Of a stretch of 47,834 nucleotides of DNA, positions 38,214 to 47,834 are shown piece by piece. Source of the DNA: Octopus bimaculoides (Eukaryota); the NCBI RefSeq assembly GCF_001194135.2, contig NC_068985.1:46257141-46304974 (forward strand), written 5' to 3'. Made by a program: the position numbers and the translations under genes. The notes under the pieces are model-generated. The model was not told where the DNA came from and made no database searches. It saw only the letters and a program-made list of their open reading frames with translations. Positions within the stretch are counted from its first letter, which is position 1. Each line of letters starts with the position of its first letter.

Positions 38214-38776
38214 TGGATGGTTTGACTGAGGACTGTTGAGCCAGAGATTGCACCAGGCTCAATCTGATCTGGCAAAGTTTCTTCAGCTGGATGCTCTTCC
38301 TAACGCCAACCACTCTGAGAGTGCAGTGGGTACTTTAACATGCCACCAACATGAAGGCCAGTCAGGCGGTTCTGGCAATGACCACGCTCAAATGGTGTTT
38401 TTATGTGCTACCTGCACAGGAGCCAGTCCGACGGCACTGGCAATGACCACGCTCGAATGTTGTTTTTCATGTGCCTCTAGCACATGTGCTGGTAAAGCGA
38501 CGCTGGCAACGATCATTCTCGAATGCTCCTTTTCACACATCACCGGCACGGGAGCCAATCTGTGGCCCTGGCAATGATCATGCTTGGATGTGCTTTTAAC
38601 GTTCTTATGACAGGAGTGTTTACACTTGCCTCAATAGGTCTTCGCAAGCAAAGTTCATTGACCAGTGAATGAGGAATATACATAAATGGGCTGGTTACAT
38701 CCACTGGCATAGGCCATAAGCTATGGTCTCACTTGGCTTGTCGGGTCTTCTCAAGCACAGTATATCTCTAAAGGTC

Positions 38777-38780
<4 letters not shown>
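38214..38780 (-). mobile_element. Longer copy of the RTE-related family, from ORF end to near the tail
   Basis: The tail-proximal module follows the 10-N gap, then four subunits. The ORF-end module cacttggcttgtcgggtcttctcaagcacag is the reverse complement of the module seen at 4029-4060. Confidence 0.75.
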
Positions 38781-38829
<49 letters not shown>

Positions 38830-39381
38830 NNNNNNNNNNNNNNNNNNNNNNNNNNNNNNNNNNNNNNNNNNNNNNNNNNNNNNNNNNNNNNNNNNNNNNN
38901 NNNNNNNNNNNNNNNNNNNNNNNNNNNNNNNNNNNNNNNNNNNNNNNNNNNNNNNNNNNNNNNNNNNNNNNNNNNNNNNNNNNNNNNNNNNNNNNNNNNN
39001 NNNNNNNNNNNNNNNNNNNNNNNNNNNNNNNNNNNNNNNNNNNNNNNNNNNNNNNNNNNNNNNNNNNNNNNNNNNNNNNNNNNNNNNNNNNNNNNNNNNN
39101 NNNNNNNNNNNNNNNNNNNNNNNNNNNNNNNNNNNNNNNNNNNNNNNNNNNNNNNNNNNNNNNNNNNNNNNNNNNNNNNNNNNNNNNNNNNNNNNNNNNN
39201 NNNNNNNNNNNNNNNNNNNNNNNNNNNNNNNNNNNNNNNNNNNNNNNNNNNNNNNNNNNNNNNNNNNNNNNNNNNNNNNNNNNNNNNNNNNNNNNNNNNN
39301 NNNNNNNNNNNNNNNNNNNAGCTATGGTCTCACTTGGCTTGTCGGGTCTTCTCAAGCACAGTATATCTCTAAAGGTCCTGT

Positions 39382-39415
<34 letters not shown>

Positions 39416-40178
39416 ATATGTATGTATATATATGTTTGTGTGTGTATATATATATATATGTACACTCATGCATGTATATGTGTATATATATATGTATGCA
39501 TATGTGTGTATGTGTATATGTATATGTATATATATATATACATATATGTATGTGTATATCTATGAATATGTATGTGTATATGTATGTATATATATATGTG
39601 TGTGTGTGTGTATATATATGTGTGTGTGTGTCTGTAAATTTTTTGACTGATATCTTCTTTTAGGCATAAAATTGTGTTTATTCTTTTTAACCATTCTTTG
39701 CAACTCAAAACTTATAAAACAAATTTGATTTAAATTTCATAACAGTTAAAATTAGAAAACGAAGAACAATGAAATTAGTTCTTATATAGAACTTGACGTC
39801 AGTGGTTTAGTGAAAGAAATAAGATAACTGTGTTTACAGATTTAAAATATTCCAGTTTTTAATGAGCTATTTGAATTTAGCTAAAGTATAGAACCATTGC
39901 TAATTTTTAAATTATCTAAATTGTATTAATTCTTCTTTTGATATTGGTATCTTTGACCTACCTATGCTTCAAGAATTTTCTTGTGTGTATGTTTGTGTGT
40001 ATGTGTGTGTGTTAATGTCATGGTTCAAAGAACTGAGTAAACAAGGAGAAAAAATGCTCAATACATATTAGTTTTATACTATCAGGGAAGGCACATGGCT
40101 CAGTGGTTAGTGTCAGGCTCACAATCATGAGGTCGTAAGTTCGATTCTTGATGATGATGACGGGCATGGATTGGGTGA

Positions 40179-40285
40179 TTTGACAGGATCCAATAAGCCA
40201 GAGAACTGTGCTGAATTCCAATATCTGCTTTGACAGGACCCAATAAGCCAGAGAACTGTTCTGAATTCCAATATCTGCTTTGACA
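40179..40285. repeat. 50-bp tandem duplication (2 copies plus 7 bp)
   Basis: tttgacagga(t/c)ccaataagccagagaactgt(g/t)ctgaattccaatatctgc at 40179-40228 and 40229-40278. Confidence 0.9.
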
Positions 40286-42648
40286 CAGTTTCTATGGTTG
40301 GATGCCCTTCCTAGTGCCAGCCACTTTACAGGGTCTACTGGATTGCTTTTTCATGACACAGTGCTAGTGTGTCACCAAGTAATTCATAAAACAAAGAAAT
40401 TGACCCCTTGACTGAGTGGGGTAGTAGTAGAGATGGGGTTGATTTTTATGCCAGATGTTGAAAGGTTAAAAATTATGATAGAAGGACAAGCACAGGTGTC
40501 TTTCTGTAGGAACATCTATGTCTAACACTTCACCACACAAGACAGGTAGGAGAGTTAGGAAGAAGACAAAGTAGGTAGTGACAAGGTGTCAGGGTGTACT
40601 TGTAAGATACAAGTAGGTAAGTAGAAGTGAGAATATGGATTGAAGATTGGGAAATGTAGATGGAGAAGCTAGTAAGCCAAAACTTCTTTGTAAACATATA
40701 TAATAAATATAGAGATATATATAAACAAATTTTCTCTTTCTCTCCATATGTGAGATATATTTGTGTGTGTGTGTGTATATGTATGTATGTATGTATCTAT
40801 CTATTTATATATGTATATGTATCTCTCTATATATATGTATATGTGTATATCTATATCTATATCTATATCTATCTATCTATATATATATATATATAAATAA
40901 TCAGAATTTCTGAAACCCTCCCATTTCCAGTTTAAATGCTTAGCTCTGTTGTAATCAGGGCCAGTCTGCAATCTTATCTTTAATCTTGATGAATTTCCCA
41001 ATAATAAATATGAAATAATCAGTGAAAAAAGAAGGTATCTCTGAGTGGGGGTGGGAAGGGAATTTGAATTATATATGAAAACCTTAAAAAAAAAAAAAAG
41101 AAGGAGAAAGAAAATTTCTAAATGACTGAAGTAAGATCTAAAGATTGAACATGCTTCAAGGTTTGCTTACTCACATTAAGCAGTGTGTTGAATCAATTTC
41201 CAAAATTAATTAAAAACTAAGAAAAGAAAAAACAAACAAGAACTTGTTGCACTTAGATTTTCCAAAGCTATGTTAATGTTTTTTTTGTTTTTTTAAAAAA
41301 TTTTTTTCATCATGTGGAACAAGTGGGTTTCCATGCACTTGGTTGTATAGTATTTAATGACAGCAAGCCTCAGCATATATAGGTCAGAATTGCGCCCCTA
41401 GACCTGTGAAGCTCCTGGGGTTGTGTTCAGTGTGTCTGTGCCTTAAGATGGCTCTGATCTGGACCAATATACAGGGTGGTCAATTTGTCAATATGCAGTA
41501 TATATCAAGGATTTGGTAGTAGTCTCTGACATTGAATACCATGCTGTAGCTTTGTTTACACCACCACATAGCACTTTTTTACACTGAAGAATGTTATCTC
41601 TCTGGTGGAACCGGTTTAGCATCTACATACACATTGTACAATTATCTTCATACTAATTAACACAACTCTCTACACACATTTTCATACTCATGTATTTGCA
41701 TACGATCATTATGTCAAAAAATGCATTTGTTGTAAAACATTCATATACGATCTGCAAACATCTATATTCTTATGCATATATATACATCTATGTATACACC
41801 TACTCTTAACTCTCGTATTTTATATGTTCAGTAATATTACCAGGGTTCCTACATTCTTTCCTAGAATGTCTACGACTGAAATTTCATGTTGGGTGTGGAC
41901 CTCAGATAAAATTAAATTATTAACAAGTACAGTAGCACATGCATAAAAACACCATCTTCTTTTTCAAATAATGCGATTCTTTAAATTATCTTTCCCTTGG
42001 TCCTTTTCCTGTCTGTCATTCATTCATTCATTTAATAAATATTGTAAATTTATATATATATATATTACACACTTTCACTCTTACATCTGCTATACTCTTT
42101 TACTCTCTCTCTCTTTCTCTCTTTTACTATTTATCTCTGTATCTGCTCCCTCTCTTACTCTTGCCTACTTTTTTTTCTTTCTTTCCCTCTTTTGTTTCAC
42201 ACTCTCTACCTCTTATACTTGATATTTGATCTCTGTTTCTCTTTTACTACTACATTTAGTAGTGAGGTTAAACGTCTAACCATTTCTGTCTTTCTTAAAT
42301 GTTCTGGCATTTTTCAGAACCAATCCATATATGAGAGAGACAGGAGGGGTAGAAAGCAGTTGATTCCATTAAATCTAAGTCTTAAAGGAAGTAGACAATT
42401 CCATAGTTTCAAAATTGGTGTGAAGCCAAAATTTGATAAACCTCTGCTTTCTCACATTGAGCTGTTATAACCATAATAAGCAGGAGGAAATGGAATTATG
42501 AGGAATATGCTCCAGAGGAGCCAAAGTCTGGAAACATTTCTTTCACTTTTTCTTGTTACTAAATGCATGTCTATAGAATTATATATGTCTTTTTAATGGA
42601 TTGGATGGGACTACAAATTCAAACATTTAAATATATAGTGTGCACCAC

Positions 42649-42960
42649 TTTCTCTCTCTCTCTCTCTCTTTCTGTCTGTCTCTCTCTTTCTGTCTGTCTC
42701 TCTCTTTCTGTCTGTCTCTCTCTTTNNNNNNNNNNTCTGTCTCTCTCTTTCTGTCTGTCTCTCTCTTTCTGTCTGTCTCTCTCTTTCTGTCTGTCTCTCT
42801 TTTTCTGTCTGTCTCTCTCTCTTTCTCTCTGTCTCTCTCTTTCTGTCTGTCTGTCTCGCTTTCTGTCTCTCTCTTTCTCTTTCTGTCTCTCTCTTTCTCT
42901 TTCTGTCTCTCTCTCTCTTTCTGTCTCTCTCTTTCTCTCTCTCTCACACACACACACACA
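42649..42960. repeat. Pyrimidine-rich compound microsatellite (TCTCTCTTTCTGTCTG-like units)
   Basis: Seen directly; contains a 10-N gap at 42726-42735. Confidence 0.95.
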
Positions 42961-43499
42961 TGCACATGATAGATGTATTATAAAACTGATTTGAATAAGA
43001 GAAGCAGTACACAGTAACTGTTGTAGAATTTGTATTTGATGATAATTTTGAATTTTACCGTGGTAGTGCCATTGCTCTACATATATTGTTTTAGTTAAAT
43101 ATATAAAATGAAAATATTTGCTCTGATGATTAGGATATTTTTGCACATCTAGGTATTTTACATAAATACTGAATGGCATTTTGTAATTCAATGATTAATT
43201 TCAAAGAGAATATTGTTATAGTTATTATTCTTTTTGAAGGTTGGTCTTCGTTGCCTAAGGACTTGATGTTGCTTAAGAACTTCATGTTTTGAAGCAAGAG
43301 TTCAGCTTAACTTTTATGAGCAAGTGTTTATAATTTGGTATCCTGTATCATGCTTTTTCTGATTGTGTTAGGTTTGCCTGTATAGTCAAGAGCTAAGACT
43401 AAGACCTCTTCTTGGCCCTGCCACTCTTGATTCAGTTGAATATCATGGGTGTGTGTGACAGCTTGGTGGAAAGAGGGCTGCATCAGTAGTTGGCTGGTA

Positions 43500-43634
43500 G
43501 TCATTTTCAGCTGAATTCACAACAGGAAATGATGTGCCTTGCTCAAGGAGATAACATGCTGCTCATTTCAGAAACTGAACCCTTGGTTTTATGATTGTCA
43601 GCTCAACACCTTAACCACTAGGTCATGCAACTTC
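43500..43634 (-). mobile_element. Diverged tRNA-head SINE
   Basis: The minus strand reads catgacctagtggttaaggtgttgagctgacaatcat...gggttcagtttc...ccttgagcaaggcac. The head resembles 40085-40148. Confidence 0.5.
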
Positions 43635-44167
43635 TCATGTTTTTGTAGTACATATATCTCACTTATTTCTGTTTTTCTTTTTAATTCCTATGGTATGAGA
43701 TTAGCACCAATTTTATCAACTATCACCTTTTGTTTGGTTGAAATTGATAAATTTCTCACGAAAGAATATTTTTGTATTATGATGACATCATTGAGATTTT
43801 GTTGAGGCTCATTAAAATATAAGACCCAAACTTTAGGATGGTGATAATGAATTTATTTACCAGTTTCTCATTTCATTATATATTTATAAAGAATAAAAAG
43901 TTTAGAATGGTATAACAATGCACTATAGAACAAAAAATGGACTATATACCTGTTGTAACTTGGTTATCTATAGTCCAATGATATTTCGGAATTACAACAG
44001 GTATATAGTCCATTTTTTGTTCTATAGTGCATTGTTATACCTTTCTAAACTTTTTATTCTTTACAAACAATATACAATGCTTCAAGCGAACTACAATACT
44101 CTCTTATATATTTATATTTAGACATATATTCTGTCTAATGTGTCATTTTATTTTTTATTGTGTTCAG

Positions 44168-44397
44168 GTAAATGGACAAGATCTTTCACAATCGACTCAT
44201 GAAGAAGCTGTCGAAGCTTTTCGAAGTGCAAAAGAACCCATTGTGGTAGAAGTACTGAGGAGAGCAAACAAGGCTAAAATGAAAAGTCGGTCTCCAACGA
44301 TGGTATCCGTTGGAACACAGACCGAGGAGGAGATTTTCTGCAGCAATGAGAGTCCTCCCACTCCACCACCTGGATTTTATGCTTTCAATGGCTCTGG
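44168..44397 (+). CDS. PDZRN3/PDZRN4: Internal coding exon of a PDZ domain-containing RING finger protein (PDZRN3/PDZRN4, LNX3/4 family): C-terminal half of the first PDZ domain plus linker
   Basis: Acceptor tgttcAG at 44166-44167 and donor GG|GTAAGT at 44398 bound a 230-nt exon (phase 0 in, phase 2 out). It translates to [76 protein letters not shown](G). This matches the recalled vertebrate family motif [32 protein letters not shown]...GTQT. Assignment to one paralogue is not possible for an invertebrate. Confidence 0.9.
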
Positions 44398-44897
44398 GTA
44401 AGTAATCACAAACATTTTATTTCATTTTGTTTCTTTTCAGGTTTTTTTATGAAATGACTTGGTTGTGTGCCTTTTATGGATGCATCGGAGGCCTTTAAAA
44501 TGGTCATGACCATTGCTCTTCCTTCTCTGAGACAGATGGAGAAGAAGAAAGGAGATATTGAATGGACTGGATATCTGGTCTGAATACTTAAAATAGTGGA
44601 CAATGCAAAAGAAGCACCAGAACAAGAATTGTTCCTTCTGACAAGTTTCTACACAGTTCCATCTACTTTATTTTACTCATAAGGATCTTTAGTTGACCTG
44701 AAGCTAGAAGACGTTTGTTGAAAGTGCTGCATAGTAGAGGTGAAACAAAAATCATGTAGTTGTAAAGTGAATGCACATAAAGCTTTCTTTAAGCTACTAA
44801 AAGATATTTGAAATCAATGAGAAACACATTTAATCATGATAGATGAGCACCATTCTTCCTGTTTCTGTTTGTTATTGATAACTACTTTGAAGTTTAA

Positions 44898-45114
44898 CTC
44901 TTTAGCATTTAAACCAGCCATATCTGGCCAAGATATTCTACCCATTTTATGTTCAAATCAACCACATATGACTTCTCTCACCTATTCCACAATGTCATTC
45001 TAAAATAAACAATCATGACGTCAAAATCTCGAAACTACATGATAATGCATGCTTAATTGAAAACAATGTGAATAAATGAGCATTACATTTGACAGCAATC
45101 TGGATGCTAAAGGG
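44898..45114. mobile_element. piggyBac-like MITE (217 bp)
   Basis: TTAA at 44894-44897 and at 45115-45118 flanks 11-bp TIRs ctctttagcat / atgctaaaggg (10/11 match). TTAA duplication and CCC termini are piggyBac hallmarks. Confidence 0.8.
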
Positions 45115-45346
45115 TTAAGGAGTAAGTTTCTAGCAAACTAATTCTATTTTGATGTCCTCAATGTCTCAATTTCACTTACATTGAAAATGCTTTTAGAAAA
45201 GACTTGAATGTCACAGTTCCCTTCTCTAAACTCACTAAAATCAATAGAACTGATTGTCTTTTGATGAATATCTCTGATCATAAAAGCAAGGTACTTTATT
45301 CGTTACCACATTCTTCTTTAGCAGTAAATTAGTTGATGTATTAGAG

Positions 45347-45663
45347 CAGAGGTTCTCAAACTGGGTACTCATATCACTCAGGGTACACGAGAGAAATTGC
45401 AAGGGATGCATGCGGTTTGTATACACGCTGGAATTTTTAGTCACAGCCTACTAAGTGTGGCTTGTGTGTCTTGGAAATATGTGGAGAGTATTTTCTTGTT
45501 CCCATTCACTTGTTGTTGTGTAAAAGATATTCAGCAATGTCGACAACCAAAAATAGATTTCATGCAGAATGTCAATTGAGAATGGTTGTGGGTGTGCCTC
45601 TCTGAAATTGTACCAAAAATTGAATTAGTTGTTAGAAGGTGCCAAACTAATTCATCTCATTAA
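45347..45663 (+). mobile_element. Internally deleted hAT (Charlie/Buster-like) remnant
   Basis: It starts with the hAT-type terminus cagaggttctcaaact. Frameshifted fragments follow: LFPFT..., SAMSTTKNRF, and VCLSEIVPKIELVVRRCQTNSSH*, resembling LSxIxPRIxxLVxxxQxxxSH*. No matching right TIR was found. Confidence 0.55.
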
Positions 45664-46484
45664 AAATGTCATTAAATTAAGCAAAATTGATTTCTTATAT
45701 AGGTACAAGGCCAGAAATTATGGGGACGTGGAACAGTTGATCATACTGACCCCAATAATTGTCTGACAACTTAGTGTCAATCAAGTACAGGAGTTGATCA
45801 AATAAGTGGAATCACCGTTGCACTTGTATATCCTATTTATTCTCTACCATTAAGCTACCATCTTGGCTAAGAAATACAAATAGTACCTTATTCATTCTGG
45901 GAACGATTAACTGTTTGATTTATAGTTTGGGCAAAGAAATGAAGCAGGCATCTGGAAGGTGGATTGCCATTTGCAAATGTCAATTACTCTATTAAATGTG
46001 ACTATTTTATGAGGTGGAAAGGTACTCATTTTAGTGGTTGTGGAAAAAAGAAAAATAAAACCAAAATTTGGTGAGATTTAAAGAACTTTATGCTAACTCC
46101 ATCATGTTTGGCTATAATTGATATTTAATGTTTGCTTCATAAGAATTAGGTCTTGAAGGCATTTCCCATTCATATTAAATGCTTCTGGAAGAGGTTTGGC
46201 AATCACAATTCCTTACTTCCTTTTACCTATAAATCTGGGTGGGGATATGAGTCTATTGAAAGAGCAAAGTAATATTTGTCGTGTAGACAAGTAACTGGTG
46301 GTGGTAGGGAGATGGTAGAACTGGTAGAGTGTCAAGAAATATCTATTCTGGTATTTGGTTACATACTGCTACAGTTTGTCTTCAGATCTCATAGGGGTCA
46401 ACTTAAATTTTCATTCTTCTGAGGTTAATAAAACAATATACTAGGGTCAAATGAATCAACTATACACATGCGCGCGCGTGCGCG

Positions 46485-46536
<52 letters not shown>

Positions 46537-46537
<1 letters not shown>

Positions 46538-46753
46538 GAGGAGGTGCTGAAACGTTCCCAGCTTTAAAGGTATCGTGAAAGGCCTGGTTGGAGGCCCAAA
46601 CTTCTGAGTTCTTTTACATGGCTTAGAAAAACCGAAGGACCACTGCAATAAGTGTGTGAATCTGAGAGGGCAATATTTTGAATAAGATCATAATTAACTG
46701 ATCATCCTGTATTTTCTTTTACTGAAAGCCAGTAACTTTTCAGTATCTCCTTC
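46537..46753 (+). mobile_element. Mariner-derived MITE / internally deleted element (217 bp)
   Basis: TIRs of about 29 bp: cgaggaggtgctgaaacgttcccagcttt and aaagccagtaacttttcagtatctccttc followed by TA. The interior encodes GLEKPKDHCNKCVNLRGQYFE*, resembling the mariner C-terminal KCVxxxGxYVE* motif. Confidence 0.75.
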
Positions 46754-46761
46754 TATATATA

Positions 46762-47393
46762 CAGGGTGCAGTGAATAAATTGTCGTCTAAATTATACAAA
46801 AATTAAAATAACACTGACATATCATTTTAATAGATATATTTACCAAAATTACATAAAAGTATCTTGAAATACTAAAGAGAAAATTTATTCAATAAAATTG
46901 CCATTGACTTCAACCATAGCCTCCAGAGGACTTCAGAATCTCCTGCAACTCTTCTGGATGGTCTCCTTGTTTAACTTGATGAATGCTGCCATAATCTTTG
47001 CCTTCAGTTCATCTTTGGTGTGTTACAAGGAATTTCGTTGGTGTCTTGCTTAACTGTGTCCCACCACATAATAATGAAGGGGGTTGCAGTCTAGAGAATT
47101 AGGTAGCCAGATGTTAGTAGCGATGTGGTTGCAGAAATTGTCTGACTGCCATGACTGGGTTTTCCTGCTTGTGTGGCATGGTGCAGAGTCCTGTTGCCAG
47201 ACATATGGTTTTCCAGCAGCCACCCTCTTGACCCAAGGCAGCACTACCTCCTCCAGGCACTTGATGTAGGCCCCCGTGTTGAGTGTGTGGTCTTGTGGGA
47301 AGATGAACGGAGGCTTAACATTGCCATCACTAGCAATCAATCCAACACCATGATGTTGACTGGATGTTTGATTTTTATCACTCTCAATACACC
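46762..47393 (-). mobile_element. 5'-truncated Tc1/mariner element with a DD37D (maT-type) transposase remnant
   Basis: One end reads TA|CAGGGTG at 46760-46768. The minus strand encodes KHPVNIMV...SDGNVKPPFIF...VLPWVKRVAAGKPYVWQQDSAPCHTSRKTQSW...WLPNSLDCNPLHYYV. There are 37 residues between QQD and the final catalytic position, which is CAT (H), one change from GAT (D). Confidence 0.85.
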
Positions 47394-47424
47394 TGTGAAA
47401 TTGTAATCGTGGCCATTGCTGGTA

Positions 47425-47560
47425 GCTCTCATCTTCGAATGCTGGGCCTCACAGTGGTGATGACAAGTGACTGAGACCTTGGCAATATGGTGTGTTTGAG
47501 AAGACTCATCAAGCCAAGTGAAACCATAGTTGTGGTTGTTGCCAATGTCATGTAAATGGC
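47425..47560 (+). mobile_element. RTE ORF-end module
   Basis: Reads LRMLGLTVVMTSD*DL-QYGVFEKTHQAK* with one frameshift; homologous to 3982-4059. Confidence 0.65.
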
Positions 47561-47586
47561 ACTTGTGAAATTGTAGTCGTGGCCAT

Positions 47587-47632
47587 TGTATTTTCATTCA
47601 CCCAAAGCCAGGAACTTTTCAGCACCTCCTCA
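47587..47632 (+). mobile_element. Solo right end of the same mariner MITE family
   Basis: tgtattttcattcacccaaagccaggaacttttcagcacctcctca followed by TA aligns with the right end at 46707-46753. Confidence 0.7.
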
Positions 47633-47633
47633 T

Positions 47634-47834
47634 ATCATCATCATCGTTTAACGTCCGCTTTCCATGCTAGCATGGGTTGGACGATTTGACTGAGGACTGG
47701 TGAAACTGGATGGCAACACCAGGCTCCAATCTAATTTGGCAGAGTTTCTACAGCTGGATGCCCTTCCTAACGCCAACCACTCAGAGAGTGTAGTGGGTGC
47801 TTTTACGTGTCACCCGCACGAAAACGGCCACGCT
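47634..47834 (-). mobile_element. Young 3' copy of the RTE-related family, running off the window end
   Basis: Near-identical to 13664-13870. Confidence 0.8.

Noticed and set aside
41470-41490. TA|CAGGGTG mariner-like terminus
   Set aside because: No partner TIR or transposase sequence was found nearby.
47383-47395. caatacacctg identical to the Tc1 right end (21835-21845)
   Set aside because: It falls within the coding frame of the DD37D fragment at its truncation point, and an 11-bp match is plausibly coincidental.

Overview
This is AT-rich animal genomic DNA, dense in microsatellites, from a gapped draft assembly (8 N-runs). The interspersed repeats resemble octopus SINE/LINE families as I recall them, so Octopus is the inferred, not proven, source. 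I can support only one host coding exon: 44168-44397 (+). It encodes the second half of a PDZ domain of a PDZRN3/PDZRN4 (LNX3/4)-like E3 ligase, so the roughly 44 kb upstream is probably one very large intron. The rest is transposon debris: a decayed Tc1 element with long TIRs, a DD37D (maT-type) mariner fragment, mariner- and piggyBac-type MITEs, two hAT (Buster/Charlie-like) fragments, RTE-LINE 3' remnants and several tRNA-derived SINE families. I see no prokaryotic genes, no CRISPR array and no evidence strong enough to claim a new biological system. The best lead is a local inverted duplication (about 10392-13138). Its near-identical core lies between more diverged flanks and carries an outward-facing ATG...CAG|GTAAGG exon-like cassette in both arms. 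Almost all entries in the ORF track are artefacts of microsatellites, N-gaps or alternative starts. All alignments and family assignments were done by eye or from memory, not by database search.
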